Source: Eubacteriales bacterium
GTDB lineage: Bacteria; Bacillota; Clostridia; Oscillospirales; CAG-272
Assembly: GCA_045631585.1 (NCBI GenBank)
Contig: JAZQUX010000102.1
Coordinates: forward strand, 1 to 40,258
Reading direction: 5' to 3'
Length of the DNA stretch: 40,258 nt
Positions within the stretch are counted from its first letter, which is position 1. Each line of letters opens with the position of its first letter. Of this stretch, positions 7,646 through 17,002 are shown piece by piece. Under the pieces are notes generated by a model. That model saw only the letters and a list, made by a program, of their open reading frames with translations, was not told where the DNA came from and searched no databases. Position numbers and translations under genes: made by a program.

Positions 7646-9598
7646 TCAATGGAAGCGGAACGTCACTTCTCCCTGTGTTTTTTCGTCGTCCACGGGGTTG
7701 TAGGCCCGTTCGCTTCGATCCTCTCCGATGCGGAGCTGAGCCGTCACCATACCAAGTACAGCCCAGAACAGGAAGAAAATACGGTAGTTGTAGAAAATGT
7801 CGTCAAACAATCCCATCACAAGCAATGCGACAACACCTGCCACACCGCCGAGGACCATCAGACGCGGCTCTCGCCATTCTCCATAGCGATAATACTCCAG
7901 CGCCCGACGAACCCACAAAAGGATCGCGGCGGCAAAAATGATAGCACCCACAACGCCAAAGCAACAGATCAGTTGCAAATACAAACTGTGTGAATGCATC
8001 GCGGACTCAATGCCCGGCAACGCATATCGGGAATATACCGTGCAGAAGGCGCTTTCGCCTACACCCACGCCCGACATCCAATGATCTCCGATCATATCCT
8101 TCACACCGCTCCACAGATTCAACCGATAGGTGATCGAGCTGTCTGCTAAATTGCCAATGCTCAAAAAGCGGCGCGTCACTCGCTCCGGGATAAACGGAAC
8201 CACAGCCACCGCGGGGATCGCCGCCAAAAGGCCATAGCTCAGCGTTTTGTGCGACACGCAAAGCAAGAAGAAGGCAACTGCCACCAAGGCGCCCAGCCAA
8301 GCGCCGCGCGACCAAGTAAAGATCAGGCAAGCCGCCACAACGGCAAAGCACAGCGTATGCCCCATGCCGCGAACAAAATGCTTGGCATTTGCCATGCGAG
8401 CCAAAGTCAACGGCAACAGCAGTACCAAATGTTCCGCCAGCATATTGGGATTTTCCCAAGTAGCGTACACACGGCCGCCCAAATCGGAAAACAGCGACAT
8501 ATCCAAAAATGCAACTTCAATGTTGCCAAAGAAATGTTGCCACAGACCGCTCAGCGCAACCAAAACGCAAGAACCGATCAGAACATCCATCAAGCGTTGC
8601 AACGTCTCTTGCGTACGAACCAGATTGGCCACCATAAAGTACACCATTATCAACGTAGCATAAGCCAGAGCGCTGTAAAGGGAGGCGCGGCCGCCACGGG
8701 TCACGATGCCGCCCAATAGATAGGTCAACATGACAAGCAAAACAGCCATGTCCGGCAGACCCATGCGCAACACACGTTTTCCGCACAAGACCTTGACAAT
8801 AAAGCTGAACAGCGTCACCGCGGTCAGTACCAGCAGGCTCATGGTGGGGCGGTTACCAAGTCCCAACAGCGGACAAACACCAACGGAAATCAGCAATCCG
8901 ACCTCCGGTGTTCGCAAAATCATCAGCGTCAAGATAATACCGCCGCCCACGGCAAGCAACAAATACGGCGGGTAACGGAACGTCAACGTTCCCAGCACAA
9001 CGGCGGCACACAATGCTTCCAGATAATGCTCGCGTCCTTTATCCTCGTAGGAACGGAAGCGCTCCTCGCCGATGCCAAACAGGTGAATCAGCAACGTGCC
9101 AAAGACGCGGCTGGTTCTCAGGGAATAGGCCAGCGAGCGGGACGAAGCAAACAAAGGGAGCGATCCCAAAATCAAAATTCCACCCGTGATCACGTAGCCA
9201 AAATCAGATTGCCCCGACATAAGGCCCGCCGTGACGTAATAAGTGACAATGGAATAGCATCCAAAGAACAACAGGAAAATACCATACGAGTTCAGGCCCG
9301 TTCGCAACAGTCCCCGCTCAAATGCAGTAACCAGTCGGCAAAACAGGCTGTTTTCAATGGCGGACGAAACTTTCTGCCTGAAGCGGAACGTCCAGCGGTC
9401 CGATCTTTTCCGTTTGCTACGCAAAAGATTCCGCAGACCTCCTTCAGACGCCCGGTTGCTTGTCCGTCGATAGTCGGTCAAATACCGTCCAATGGCACTG
9501 CCGAGAATCAACGCATACAGCCAAGCGGTCAAACGGTGCAAGCCGTGCAAAATCGCACTTTTCCTACCGCGCTGAGGTTTTCGATTGGATGAATTCAA
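7646..9598 (-). CDS. O-antigen ligase/polymerase (Wzy_C)-family polytopic membrane protein
   Basis: 650 aa with more than 10 hydrophobic segments. Motif FTWSRGAWLGALVAVAFFLL is typical of Wzy_C/O-antigen ligase domains. The TTG start (9598-9596) overlaps the trmD stop, and GGAGG lies 7 nt upstream. Confidence 0.75.
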   Translation of the reverse strand: MNSSNRKPQRGRKSAILHGLHRLTAWLYALILGSAIGRYLTDYRRTSNRASEGGLRNLLRSKRKRSDRWTFRFRQKVSSAIENSLFCRLVTAFERGLLRTGLNSYGIFLLFFGCYSIVTYYVTAGLMSGQSDFGYVITGGILILGSLPLFASSRSLAYSLRTSRVFGTLLIHLFGIGEERFRSYEDKGREHYLEALCAAVVLGTLTFRYPPYLLLAVGGGIILTLMILRTPEVGLLISVGVCPLLGLGNRPTMSLLVLTAVTLFSFIVKVLCGKRVLRMGLPDMAVLLVMLTYLLGGIVTRGGRASLYSALAYATLIMVYFMVANLVRTQETLQRLMDVLIGSCVLVALSGLWQHFFGNIEVAFLDMSLFSDLGGRVYATWENPNMLAEHLVLLLPLTLARMANAKHFVRGMGHTLCFAVVAACLIFTWSRGAWLGALVAVAFFLLCVSHKTLSYGLLAAIPAVAVVPFIPERVTRRFLSIGNLADSSITYRLNLWSGVKDMIGDHWMSGVGVGESAFCTVYSRYALPGIESAMHSHSLYLQLICCFGVVGAIIFAAAILLWVRRALEYYRYGEWREPRLMVLGGVAGVVALLVMGLFDDIFYNYRIFFLFWAVLGMVTAQLRIGEDRSERAYNPVDDEKTQGEVTFRFH

Positions 9599-10380
9599 GT
9601 CTGCACCTCCTCATCGTCAGGCGTTTTTACCACCGTTTTTTTGCGTCTCTTCTTTTTGGGTTCCACCGGAGGATGCTCGATTCTCCAGCGTTCCAACAAG
9701 TCAGGTCGATTGCGTTCGGTCAGAGCAATCGCCGTCTCCAGACGATAGGCATCCACCTTGGCATGATCTCCCGAAAGCAACACCGAGGGAACCCCTCGGC
9801 CACGCCAAACGGCAGGCTTGGTATATTGGGGATATTCCAACAATCCCGAAGCAATGCTTTCCTTTTCGTAGCATTCTTCATCCGAAAGAACGCCCGGCAC
9901 CATGCGTGCCACACAATCCACCAGAATACAGGCAGGAATCTCCCCTCCCGTCAACACATAGTCGCCAATGGATATTTCTTCATCAACGATCTCATCTACA
10001 ATACGGCGGTCTACGCCCTCGTAATGTCCGCACAGAAGAATCAGTTGATCATATTCGCGCGAGAGTTCCACCGCCCGCGCCTGCGTCAACACCTTGCCCG
10101 TCGGCGTCAGGTATATGACGCGGCGCCGCTCGGAAGGGATATGTTCCGTCTGTTGAATCACAGCAGAATAGCAGTTCCAAATCGGCTGGGCCGCCATCAG
10201 CATCCCCTTGCCGCCACCGTAAGGCGTATCATCCACCCGACGGTGCTTGTCCTCGGAATATTCACGGATATGATGCGTCCCGATGACCACCGCACCGCTT
10301 TTTTGCGCACGGCCGATGATGCTGCTTGCCAGCACAGTATCTACCAATTCGGGAAACAGTGTCATAATATCAAACCGCAT
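9595..10380 (-). CDS. trmD: tRNA (guanine37-N1)-methyltransferase
   Basis: MRFDIMTLFPE...IREYSEDKHRRVDDTPYGGGKGMLM...LLCGHYEGVDRR. Confidence 0.93.
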   Translation of the reverse strand: MRFDIMTLFPELVDTVLASSIIGRAQKSGAVVIGTHHIREYSEDKHRRVDDTPYGGGKGMLMAAQPIWNCYSAVIQQTEHIPSERRRVIYLTPTGKVLTQARAVELSREYDQLILLCGHYEGVDRRIVDEIVDEEISIGDYVLTGGEIPACILVDCVARMVPGVLSDEECYEKESIASGLLEYPQYTKPAVWRGRGVPSVLLSGDHAKVDAYRLETAIALTERNRPDLLERWRIEHPPVEPKKKRRKKTVVKTPDDEEVQT

Positions 10381-10443
10381 ATCGAGAGATCACTCCTTTC
10401 TTCCATCGTTCCGATAAACGTAGTATATCACAATTGTATCGAT

Positions 10444-10956
10444 TCAATCCTCCAGCAACCCGGGAATGGGACGTACAAACACGCCACTTTCCACATCCAC
10501 ACGGGCAAGGAATGCATCCACCATCGGCATCAAGCGATCCCCCGCGGGAGTTTTGATCACCAACATATTCTGCCCGCCCGAAAAGCTGATTTCCTTGACC
10601 GTGCCATATTCTTTTCCGCTATCAGCATCGATGACGGCAAGGCCGGGAAGATCCGCCAAAAAATAGGCTCCATCCTCCAGGGGGACGTCCGCTCTTGCGG
10701 CATATAACACAACGCCCTTGAGCAATTCCGCGGCATTCATATCGTCCACGCCTTCCAAGCGCATCAAAACCGTCTCTTGCTTGCGCCCCGTATCCAAAAT
10801 ACGCATCGGCAGATACGCACCTGCCACACGGCGATACACCTGAGGCAACGAGGCCAACACCTCGGGCGAATCGCAATAAGATTCCACCTTCACCCAACCG
10901 TGACAGCCATGCGTATTATGAATGCGTCCGCACTCCAAATAGTCACACTTTGCCAT
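10444..10956 (-). CDS. rimM: Ribosome maturation factor RimM
   Basis: 170 aa. ...GRIHNTHGCHGWVKVES....PGLAVID..G...G.V.....G.Q.MLVI, i.e. the RimM N-terminal plus PRC-barrel pattern, immediately upstream of trmD. Confidence 0.85.
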   Translation of the reverse strand: MAKCDYLECGRIHNTHGCHGWVKVESYCDSPEVLASLPQVYRRVAGAYLPMRILDTGRKQETVLMRLEGVDDMNAAELLKGVVLYAARADVPLEDGAYFLADLPGLAVIDADSGKEYGTVKEISFSGGQNMLVIKTPAGDRLMPMVDAFLARVDVESGVFVRPIPGLLED

Positions 10957-11009
10957 AACAAGAGCTCCTTTTTGATCTTTTTGCCAAAGAAAGGCAGATA
11001 TACATCATC

Positions 11010-11038
11010 ATTATAACACAAAGCTCAGCGTTTTGCAA
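11010..11038 (-). promoter_or_regulatory. Predicted sigma-A promoter of rimM-trmD
   Basis: Minus strand reads TTGCAA (11038-11033), a 17-nt spacer, then TATAAT (11015-11010), with a TGt extended -10. Confidence 0.6.
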
Positions 11039-11123
11039 TAGTCCGCGAGAACTTTCCTTCCCCGCTGTTTTTTCGTTTTTTCAAAGAAAATGCTTTCGGC
11101 ACAGAATATTTACAATTAACCCC

Positions 11124-11152
11124 TTGCTTTTTTTGGTAAAATAGGGTACAAT
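11124..11152 (+). promoter_or_regulatory. Predicted sigma-A promoter of yajC
   Basis: TTGCTT (11124-11129), a 17-nt spacer, then TACAAT (11147-11152). Confidence 0.55.
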
Positions 11153-11184
11153 AGTAACAATAATGTAAACCCTAGGAGGAATAT

Positions 11185-11565
11185 ATGCATTTGTTTAGCA
11201 TACTGGAGGGTACTACAAGTACCGCCACGACGGGCAGCATGCTTCCCACCATTTTGATGCTGGTCGCTGTTGTTGCCGTATTCTTTTTCATGAGCCGTTC
11301 TCAGAAAAAGCAGGATCGCAAGGCCAGCGAAATGAGAAATGCGATTATGGTTGGTGATGAGATCACTACCATCGGCGGCATCATCGGCCGCGTTGTCAAG
11401 GTAACGGAGGAGACGGTTGTCATCGAAACCAGCCGCGACCGTACCAAGATGCACATTCTCAAGAGTGCTGTTCGCAGCATTGACGTTCATGCCGCTGATA
11501 CCATTGAAGCCGCTGAAAAGGCTGAAAAGCAGGCTGCCAAGAACGACGAAAAGAACGACAAATAA
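11185..11565 (+). CDS. yajC: Preprotein translocase subunit YajC
   Basis: One TM followed by SRSQKKQDRKASEMRNAIMVGDEITTIGGIIGRVVKV. AGGAGG RBS. Confidence 0.88.
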   Translation: MHLFSILEGTTSTATTGSMLPTILMLVAVVAVFFFMSRSQKKQDRKASEMRNAIMVGDEITTIGGIIGRVVKVTEETVVIETSRDRTKMHILKSAVRSIDVHAADTIEAAEKAEKQAAKNDEKNDK

Positions 11566-11571
11566 GATGGG

Positions 11572-11602
11572 CGGGTTGCTGATGCAACCCGTTCTCTTTT
11601 TT
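11572..11602 (+). terminator. Rho-independent terminator after yajC
   Basis: Stem cgggttgc / gcaacccg, loop tgat, followed by ttctctttttt. Confidence 0.7.
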
Positions 11603-11664
11603 GTCATATTCCCACCCGACCTCACATATATTGGCAACAAAGATTGTGAAAACGGAGGTCATCT

Positions 11665-12153
11665 ATGAAAATGTCCCAGCCAACCAAAACTTCAGCGCAC
11701 TTGCCATCGCATTCTGCCAAGGACTCGCCCGCGTTTGCTCCCCGCTTGGTCAAATCCATGGGGCGCGCCCTGATCTTCACGTTACTGACCGGTCTTGTAT
11801 TGTCATTGGCGGCCGCCGCCATCGCGTACCGTTCCTCCGACCCCGAAGCATCGGTCGGAATGTTAGCATTGTGTGTTGCCGCCCTGCTTTCGACGTTGGG
11901 AGGGTTTCTAACGTACCGAGGATGCAAACAGCGCTCCCTTGTCTGCGGTCTCGCATTCGGCGCGGCACTTGCGCTTTTGTTTTGGATCTTGGAGTGGCTG
12001 TTGCCGGCCGGTGATTCCTCTTGGCCGACGAATATCCGCTGGGGCTTGAGATTGGGCATGGTGATCTTTTCCATCATGGGAGCTTCCCTTGCCTCCTACG
12101 CGCCGCGCAAGAAAGGCAACCACCACAAGCGCAACAAAAAGCGAAAAAAGTGA
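11665..12153 (+). CDS. Small polytopic membrane protein (possibly the TIGR04086-type family that often follows yajC)
   Basis: 162 aa with four hydrophobic segments and a basic C-tail (KKGNHHKRNKKRKK). GGAGG RBS 6 nt upstream. The family assignment is from memory only. Confidence 0.6.
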   Translation: MKMSQPTKTSAHLPSHSAKDSPAFAPRLVKSMGRALIFTLLTGLVLSLAAAAIAYRSSDPEASVGMLALCVAALLSTLGGFLTYRGCKQRSLVCGLAFGAALALLFWILEWLLPAGDSSWPTNIRWGLRLGMVIFSIMGASLASYAPRKKGNHHKRNKKRKK

Positions 12154-12155
12154 TC

Positions 12156-12192
12156 AAAAAGCAACGTTGCGATCGGTCGCAACGTTGCTTTT
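12156..12192. terminator. Bidirectional terminator between convergent genes
   Basis: 12-bp perfect stem gcaacgttgcga / tcgcaacgttgc, loop tcgg, flanked by an A run and a T run. Confidence 0.8.
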
Positions 12193-12194
12193 AA

Positions 12195-13052
12195 TTATTT
12201 CTTTCGGTACACACGGCAATCAAATTCAATCTCTGTCGAAAGCTGCTCCAATCGATCCAATTTGCTTCTATCCGCCAAAGACGTGCGCCAGTAATATGGT
12301 GTCATCGAAAACAAGTTTAGTATCTGTTCTCTGCCCTCGACAACAATTTCATCTCGCACCGTCACATGGTCACACAGCACCATATCTTCCGGCAAATCTG
12401 CCCGCACGGCATTTTCATAGGTTTCTTGGTACAACGCACGCTTCAACCCCAAAAGATGTCTCTCTCCCGCGCCGAGCAGAATCAAAGCGCCCTCATGTTC
12501 TAAAACGCGGCAAAACTCTCTCTCGGCACAAGGTGCAAAAATATTCAAAACAGCCGCGACCGATCCATCCTTAACGGGAAGCTCAAACAAGCTCGCCACA
12601 CCGAATTGGGCTCCGCTTGCGAGTCTGCGCGCCGACTTTGCAGCCGCATCGACGGCATCGCGCGACAGATCAAACCCGCACACCTGATATTGTTCGCCCA
12701 AGGCCCCTGCCAAATGATTGGTGTAGTACCCTTCTCCACAGCCCGCGTCCAAAATCAATCCACCCTTGACGTGTGTTTTGACCAAGCGGCACAGTTCAAC
12801 CGCAGCCGCACCATAATATCCTGCCGACAAAAATGCCGTTCGACTGCGAACCGCCTCTTTGGCATCGCCGCCTCCGTTGTGACGGGGCGCCAGCGGTACG
12901 TATCCGCTACGCGCTCGATCAAACGTGTGCGTACGCGGCCCACGGCACAACAGCACCCCCGCCCCGCGCGTGTCATCCAACGCAACGTCGGAACCACACA
13001 GCGGGCAACAAAGCGCCTTCCAATATAAGTCCTTTTGATTCTCCATTGTCAT
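12195..13052 (-). CDS. rlmA: 23S rRNA (guanine-N1)-methyltransferase, RlmA family
   Basis: N-terminal zinc finger (CPLCGS ... C), LDAGCGEGYYT SAM motif, IFAPC and MTPYYWR motifs as in E. coli RlmA. The ATG overlaps the kinase stop (ATGA). Confidence 0.85.
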   Translation of the reverse strand: MTMENQKDLYWKALCCPLCGSDVALDDTRGAGVLLCRGPRTHTFDRARSGYVPLAPRHNGGGDAKEAVRSRTAFLSAGYYGAAAVELCRLVKTHVKGGLILDAGCGEGYYTNHLAGALGEQYQVCGFDLSRDAVDAAAKSARRLASGAQFGVASLFELPVKDGSVAAVLNIFAPCAEREFCRVLEHEGALILLGAGERHLLGLKRALYQETYENAVRADLPEDMVLCDHVTVRDEIVVEGREQILNLFSMTPYYWRTSLADRSKLDRLEQLSTEIEFDCRVYRKK

Positions 13053-14734
13053 ATATCCTCTGTTTCTTCCATTTCCTTGTTGGGAGCATCGGAATCGACC
13101 GGGAATTCAAACCAAAACTCCGATCCTTCTCCCAAGCGGCAGTTGACGCCATAGTTAGCGCCATGCAATTCCAGCGCGCCTTTGGCGATGGAAAGGCCAA
13201 GCCCCGTACCAATCATGGCACGGCGATGCACGCGGTCTACCTTGTAATAGCGATCCCAAATATACGGCAGTTCCTCATCGGATATACCCTCGCCGTGATC
13301 CACGACGCTCAAGCGAACGACACCATCCTCACTCAGCGCTTGAACCACCTCAACCGTCTTATCCTCACCGCAATAGTTGATGGCGTTGTTGATCAAATTG
13401 TATATGACCTGCAATAGCATGGTGCGATCCGCCCGTATTTTGACCTCGCAGTCAAACGAGAAGCTGATGCGATACCCGTCATGGGCGATCAGTCTGTCAT
13501 AGCGGTGCATCAGCGTCCGCACAGTTTCCGTCAAATCAATGGTTTCCATGCGCGCCTCTCTCATACCCGACTGCAACCGAGACAGATCCAACAAGTCATT
13601 GACCAGAGCCGACAGATGCGTCGCCTCATCAATGATCACCTGTACGTTTTCGGGTGTGTTCTCGTCGGGTAGGTCCCTCATGACCTCACCATATCCTGTA
13701 ATTAAGGTCAAGGGAGTGCGAAGATCGTGAGAAATATTCGCGATCAGCTCTTTTTGCAGACGGTCAATTTTAGACAGTTCCTCCGCCGCGTAGTTCAGCG
13801 TTTGGGCCAATTCTCTCGTTTCGCGATATCCCTGTCCGGCAAAGTGAACGTCGTATTCGCCTTTGGCCAACGTCTGCGCCGCCTCATTCATGCGTATCAG
13901 GGGGCGAGACACACGGCGAGACATCAGATACGCCAGCAGTAAAGCAGCCAACAGAAGAATCGCCGCAATCCAAGAAAATTGTGCCTTCAACGTGGAGACG
14001 GTCGCATTCACAGGCGTCAATTCAGAGTCCAAAAGAATGATGTATTCGGCTCCGTCTCCGCCCTGCATCAACCGCATGTGCAAAGCGCAGATATCTTCAT
14101 CCGCCTGAGAATCGTTCGGGAACGATGATTCTGCATCCTCCTCAGAGTCCCAGCCTTCGGGGCCAAGAATATGGCCATCCTCATCCATCCAAACCATGCC
14201 ACCGCGGTGCATCTTCACTTGGCAAGAAAATCTCCCACCGTTGCCCTTCGCCATCTGATACATTTCAACAAAGCGCTTGGGAGCGGTTACCTTGTGGATC
14301 AGACAGTCATCCGACACGTCAGCCACGGAGAAAAAGCGAGCGTGTTCATCTTCCACGCGCCAAATGGTAACGCAAACGGAATGTCGCTCTGCAACATCCC
14401 AAAGTGTGCCATTGAACTCCGACATGCTCTCAGGGGAAATGGCGTCTATGGCAGAAAGCGCACTGCTTAACGTGTCTGCCGTTTTTTCCAGCTCTCGATT
14501 CTTAATACTCTTGTAAAACGGGATAAGCAGAGCAATCTGGAACACCCACAAAACAATCAAAATAAACGCAACAAATAAGCTCAAATAGCCCAACAATCGC
14601 CACTGAATACCCACACCTTTTTTGGTGCGGATGCGGGAAAAGGCGCGAGTCTTTCGCGCCTTTTCTTCATGCTTCGTTCTGTCCTTTTTGGATGAGATCA
14701 TGCTGTTCCCTCCATGTTCATCGTCATGTGTCAA
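13049..14734 (-). CDS. Sensor histidine kinase (two TM segments, extracytoplasmic domain, HAMP, HisKA, HATPase)
   Basis: H-box ISHDLRTPLTLI, N-box NLINNAINY, G-boxes DHGEGI / GTGLGLSI. Overlaps the response-regulator stop by 4 nt. Confidence 0.9.
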   Translation of the reverse strand: MTHDDEHGGNSMISSKKDRTKHEEKARKTRAFSRIRTKKGVGIQWRLLGYLSLFVAFILIVLWVFQIALLIPFYKSIKNRELEKTADTLSSALSAIDAISPESMSEFNGTLWDVAERHSVCVTIWRVEDEHARFFSVADVSDDCLIHKVTAPKRFVEMYQMAKGNGGRFSCQVKMHRGGMVWMDEDGHILGPEGWDSEEDAESSFPNDSQADEDICALHMRLMQGGDGAEYIILLDSELTPVNATVSTLKAQFSWIAAILLLAALLLAYLMSRRVSRPLIRMNEAAQTLAKGEYDVHFAGQGYRETRELAQTLNYAAEELSKIDRLQKELIANISHDLRTPLTLITGYGEVMRDLPDENTPENVQVIIDEATHLSALVNDLLDLSRLQSGMREARMETIDLTETVRTLMHRYDRLIAHDGYRISFSFDCEVKIRADRTMLLQVIYNLINNAINYCGEDKTVEVVQALSEDGVVRLSVVDHGEGISDEELPYIWDRYYKVDRVHRRAMIGTGLGLSIAKGALELHGANYGVNCRLGEGSEFWFEFPVDSDAPNKEMEETEDI

Positions 14735-15444
14735 TCTTCCGACGGTGTTTCTTCAAAACGATAACCGACACCACGTAGCGTGGCAATATATCTGCTATAC
14801 CGTCCCAAACTGCGGCGGAGTAATTTGATATGGGTATCCAGCGTGCGGGCATCTCCGTAAAAATCATATCCCCACACTTCGCAAATCAGCTTTTCTCTCG
14901 AAAGCGCCATATTGCGATTGGTCAGCATATAGAAAAACAGATCATACTCTTTGGGAGACATCTCCACGCGCACGCCGTCAATATAGACCAAGCGAGCAGT
15001 GATATCTGCCTTCAGAGCACCGCCATCCAATTCAATCACTTCGTTTTTGCGCGGTGTATCCGTCGAACCTTCATGCGCCTTGGTCACGCGCTTCATAATG
15101 GCGCCAATACGCAGCATCAGTTCCTTCGGCGAAAACGGCTTCATGACGTAATCGTCGATACCAACCTCAAAGCCATTGATGCGGTCATATTCTTCACCAC
15201 GAGCGGACAGCATGATGATGGGTGTCTGCGTCACTTTCCGAATTTCGCGGCAAGCCGAAAAACCGTCAAGCTCCGGCATCATGATATCCATAATAATCAG
15301 ATCATATTGATGACTGCGGCACATCAGCACCGCGTCCATTCCATTGGCCGCTTCACTGACCGTGTGTCCTTCAAATTCTGCATATTTCTTGATGATCGTA
15401 CGAATACGGATCTCGTCGTCAACCACTAAAATGTGATACATCAT
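14731..15444 (-). CDS. OmpR-family response regulator
   Basis: ILVVDDE...LIIMDIMMPELDG...IIMLSA...DDYVMKPF, plus a C-terminal winged helix (TLRGVGYRF). Confidence 0.92.
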   Translation of the reverse strand: MMYHILVVDDEIRIRTIIKKYAEFEGHTVSEAANGMDAVLMCRSHQYDLIIMDIMMPELDGFSACREIRKVTQTPIIMLSARGEEYDRINGFEVGIDDYVMKPFSPKELMLRIGAIMKRVTKAHEGSTDTPRKNEVIELDGGALKADITARLVYIDGVRVEMSPKEYDLFFYMLTNRNMALSREKLICEVWGYDFYGDARTLDTHIKLLRRSLGRYSRYIATLRGVGYRFEETPSED

Positions 15445-15479
15445 CCAACCCCCTTGTTGTATTCCATGTCAAAAGCGTG

Positions 15480-16787
15480 TTATTGTACCAAGCGAACCTT
15501 TGTATTGGTCGGATGATATTCGCGCAATGTCAATTCAACGCTGATTTGCTGCTCGACCAACACCTCTTTGCCATTTTGCGTTGTTTCGACCATTCGAATG
15601 ACTTGCAACGTAACAACGTCTCCAACGCTGTAAGAAGAAAACAGGGTATCTGCCGCAGAGCCGTTTTTCACCGTCACTCCGCCAATGCTTACAAGATAAT
15701 CGCCATACTGCAAGTCCTTGCAATAGTCCGATTCAACAATATAGACACCCAAACGGGTAGAATTAAAATTCTTCCATGCGGTAATAGTATTCGTGACATC
15801 ATACAGTGTCAAGCCGGAATCAACCACGCCACGCACGTAGCCGTATTCAATCAGCTGATTGACAACTTCGTACACCGTATCCACGGGAATGGCAAAGCCC
15901 AAGCCTTCCACATCATCTTGAGAATATTTGGCATTGACCACGCCAATCAACTCGCCCGCCATGTTGAACAAACCACCTCCCGAGTTACCGGGATTGACCG
16001 CCGCATTGGTTTGAAGCAATGTCATTTTCGATCCACCAACAATAATCTGGCGCGCGGTGGCACTAATGATACCGTCGGTCAGCGTTCCGCCCAATGAACC
16101 CAAAGGATTACCGATAGCGAAGACATATTCTCCCACAATCAAATCGTTGCTGCTTCCGAGATGCGCTGCTTTCAAGGGTTCTTCCGAATCAATCCAAAGA
16201 ACCGCCGTATCCGTAGACTCATCCGACCCAATCAGGATGGCCTCGTAGCTGACGCCGTTGTTCATGCGAACGATGATCGTATCTGCTCCCGCAATGACGT
16301 GGTGGTTGGTCACAATGTATCCATCCGTCGAAATAACAACGCCGCTACCCGCGCCACCGGTGACATAATTTCCCAGCCAGCCACCGTTGACCACGGTCTC
16401 CGTCGAAATTTCAACCACTGTTTCTGCGACATTGGCATAAGCTTCCGCCAAGGTGGCATACGCGCGGTCTCCTGCGGATCCCCGATAATCGATCGCATTC
16501 GCTGCATCGTTTTTACTCACGTCGGGCGTTGGATTACGATTGCTTTGGTCGGCCGGATGATCCGGTGTTTCCGAAACAGAACTCGACGGAGTCTCAAACT
16601 CGGGCGCGTTCTCGCCCCCGGGGGAGACAGTGGAGAAGTTCAAACCGCAAGAAAGCAACGAAAAAGCCAGCACCGAGAGAAGAGCGGCAACGGCCATCCA
16701 GCGGCACCATGTATTCCGTTTTTCATAAGATAATGTTTGATGAGGTTGGTAGGTACGCTTCATGTTCTTGATATTTACGATCCACAC
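15480..16787 (-). CDS. htrA: HtrA/DegP-type trypsin-like serine protease with a C-terminal PDZ domain
   Basis: TNHHV (His), catalytic GNSGGGLFN, and a PDZ-like C-terminus. The N-terminal signal/anchor has a possible lipobox, LLSC. Start uncertain: GTG 16787 or ATG 16763, neither with a clear SD. Confidence 0.85.
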   Translation of the reverse strand: MWIVNIKNMKRTYQPHQTLSYEKRNTWCRWMAVAALLSVLAFSLLSCGLNFSTVSPGGENAPEFETPSSSVSETPDHPADQSNRNPTPDVSKNDAANAIDYRGSAGDRAYATLAEAYANVAETVVEISTETVVNGGWLGNYVTGGAGSGVVISTDGYIVTNHHVIAGADTIIVRMNNGVSYEAILIGSDESTDTAVLWIDSEEPLKAAHLGSSNDLIVGEYVFAIGNPLGSLGGTLTDGIISATARQIIVGGSKMTLLQTNAAVNPGNSGGGLFNMAGELIGVVNAKYSQDDVEGLGFAIPVDTVYEVVNQLIEYGYVRGVVDSGLTLYDVTNTITAWKNFNSTRLGVYIVESDYCKDLQYGDYLVSIGGVTVKNGSAADTLFSSYSVGDVVTLQVIRMVETTQNGKEVLVEQQISVELTLREYHPTNTKVRLVQ

Positions 16788-16856
16788 GTTATTCTCAGTT
16801 GTGCTGTGTGAGTCGCCCTTTCATGGCGAAAAATGCTAATTTCCGCGTTTTTTATT

Positions 16857-16887
16857 ATTATACTTGATATTTGTGACCATTTTATGA
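16857..16887 (-). promoter_or_regulatory. Candidate htrA promoter: good -10, poor -35, with TCAYAAA direct repeats 11 bp apart
   Basis: Minus-strand TATAAT (16862-16857). The -35 position reads ATAAAA. Direct repeats TCATAAA (16887-16881) and TCACAAA (16876-16870) are spaced one helical turn apart, as expected for an OmpR-type activator site. Confidence 0.3.
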
Positions 16888-16935
16888 AGAGCATCAAAAA
16901 AAAGGCAGAAAATGATAAAAAGATTTTCGTCGCCC

Positions 16936-16964
16936 TTGCTTACACGCACTTTTTGTGATATAAT
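16936..16964 (+). promoter_or_regulatory. Predicted sigma-A promoter of the queG-like/addBA unit
   Basis: TTGCTT (16936-16941), a 17-nt spacer, then TATAAT (16959-16964), preceded by TGa (extended -10). Confidence 0.6.
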
Positions 16965-17002
16965 CTAAAATGAAAAAATAGTCCAAAGGAAAGGGGAAAC
17001 GT

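Noticed and set aside
11116-12126. Minus-strand ORFs 11116-11640, 11622-12077 and 11908-12126, overlapping yajC and the following membrane-protein gene.
   Set aside because: They are antisense to well-supported genes that have SDs, a promoter and terminators, and they have no motifs of their own.
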